Source of the DNA: Yuukianura sp. NJ FZ-2021
Lineage: Eukaryota
DNA length: 64,000 bases
Assembly (NCBI GenBank): GCA_046563655.1
Contig: CM102290.1
Location: 1,116,001 to 1,180,000 of the forward strand
Reading direction: 5' to 3'
Shown: in pieces, positions 63,130 through 64,000 of the stretch
Numbering within the stretch: the stretch's first letter is position 1
Layout: each line of letters opens with the position of its first letter
Program-made: the position numbers and the translations under genes
The notes under the pieces: generated by a model
Databases searched by the model: none
What the model saw: the letters and a program-made list of their open reading frames with translations, nothing else
What the model was told of the DNA's origin: nothing

Positions 63130-64000
63130 GGTTTTTCTTAAATTGTGTGCCATTTCTCGTGAATTTCTAACTCTTAACGTTGTGACCCTTGACCGCAACC
63201 ATTTGTTCCTCTAGTTTATCCACTGTACGATTTCACAGCTTTTCTTATAACTTTCCGTTTGAATTGGCTTAGAGTTTGAAAGTATCAAGTTAGAAAACTT
63301 TGCAATATTTTTTATAATAGTGCGACAAATATTGACAATAGTGAGAAGTTAGCAACGATTTGATGTAATTCCGTATGAAGCATTCTAATGTATTCTTTCA
63401 TTCAAATAGAAAAGTAATATGTTCGAGAATTTTCAATATAAACATAAAGCACTTTAACTAATTAATAAAAATATCGATTCTAAAATGTTGTATTGTAAAT
63501 ATCACGTAAGTTTGAGTTAATACCAAACGGGTTACCAAATCTACGTGATCTTTATGAAAGCTTTTCTACCTACCATTTCTGTTCATTTCTACCTAGTGTA
63601 GTATCTACTTATCCGTGCGGACTTTTTTCATTCATTCGAATGAAAACACTTAAGAGCTTTCTCCTCATAGTCCCTTCAAGTCCATTCACGTCAGAGGCCC
63701 TTACGCTACTTTTTATATGTGGCTTATTTTATTAGATTATTAAACTTGACTTTATCCCTTCATAATTTTCTTTTACAAAGTTTACTTTGTCGAAAGGAGG
63801 GTGACAAAGTAGGACGAAGTTTTTTTTTTGGTAATTCAAATGTTTGAAAGTACTAATGCTGGGTGACCAGAGTATGGGCTTAATATCCTGAATACAGTTA
63901 GTTTCTCTGGCAAATTTCAAAATTGCAACTGTAAAAGTACTTCTTGTAAGTAAAAGCAAAAGCAAATTACTTTTGCCACCAGAAAGTTGTCGCTTTGCTT

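Overview
This is an AT-rich, intron-containing animal genomic window, probably from an arthropod; it is not prokaryotic. Splicing by hand gave seven protein-coding genes whose exon phases all fit: Nemo-like kinase (NLK/nmo, -), collagen prolyl 4-hydroxylase alpha (-), TMEM170 (+), a truncated TTC25/ODAD4-like TPR protein (-), RSBN1/KDM9-like (-), SET/TAF-I (+) and mitochondrial prolyl-tRNA synthetase PARS2 (+). Introns hold several non-autonomous DNA transposons: a Sola-type foldback, two P-type elements, a hAT deletion derivative, a Helentron/DINE-1-like element with tandem repeats, and small MITEs. Three signals stand out. (1) The NLK stop codon is TGA followed by CAG TTA, an exact CARYYA readthrough motif, then a 25-codon extension ending in an SH3-ligand-like PPPPLPSR. 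(2) The prolyl 4-hydroxylase gene has a hidden second copy of one catalytic-domain exon, forming a likely mutually exclusive pair. (3) The TTC25-like and TMEM170 genes may overlap antisense in coding sequence. All calls were made by eye without database searches.
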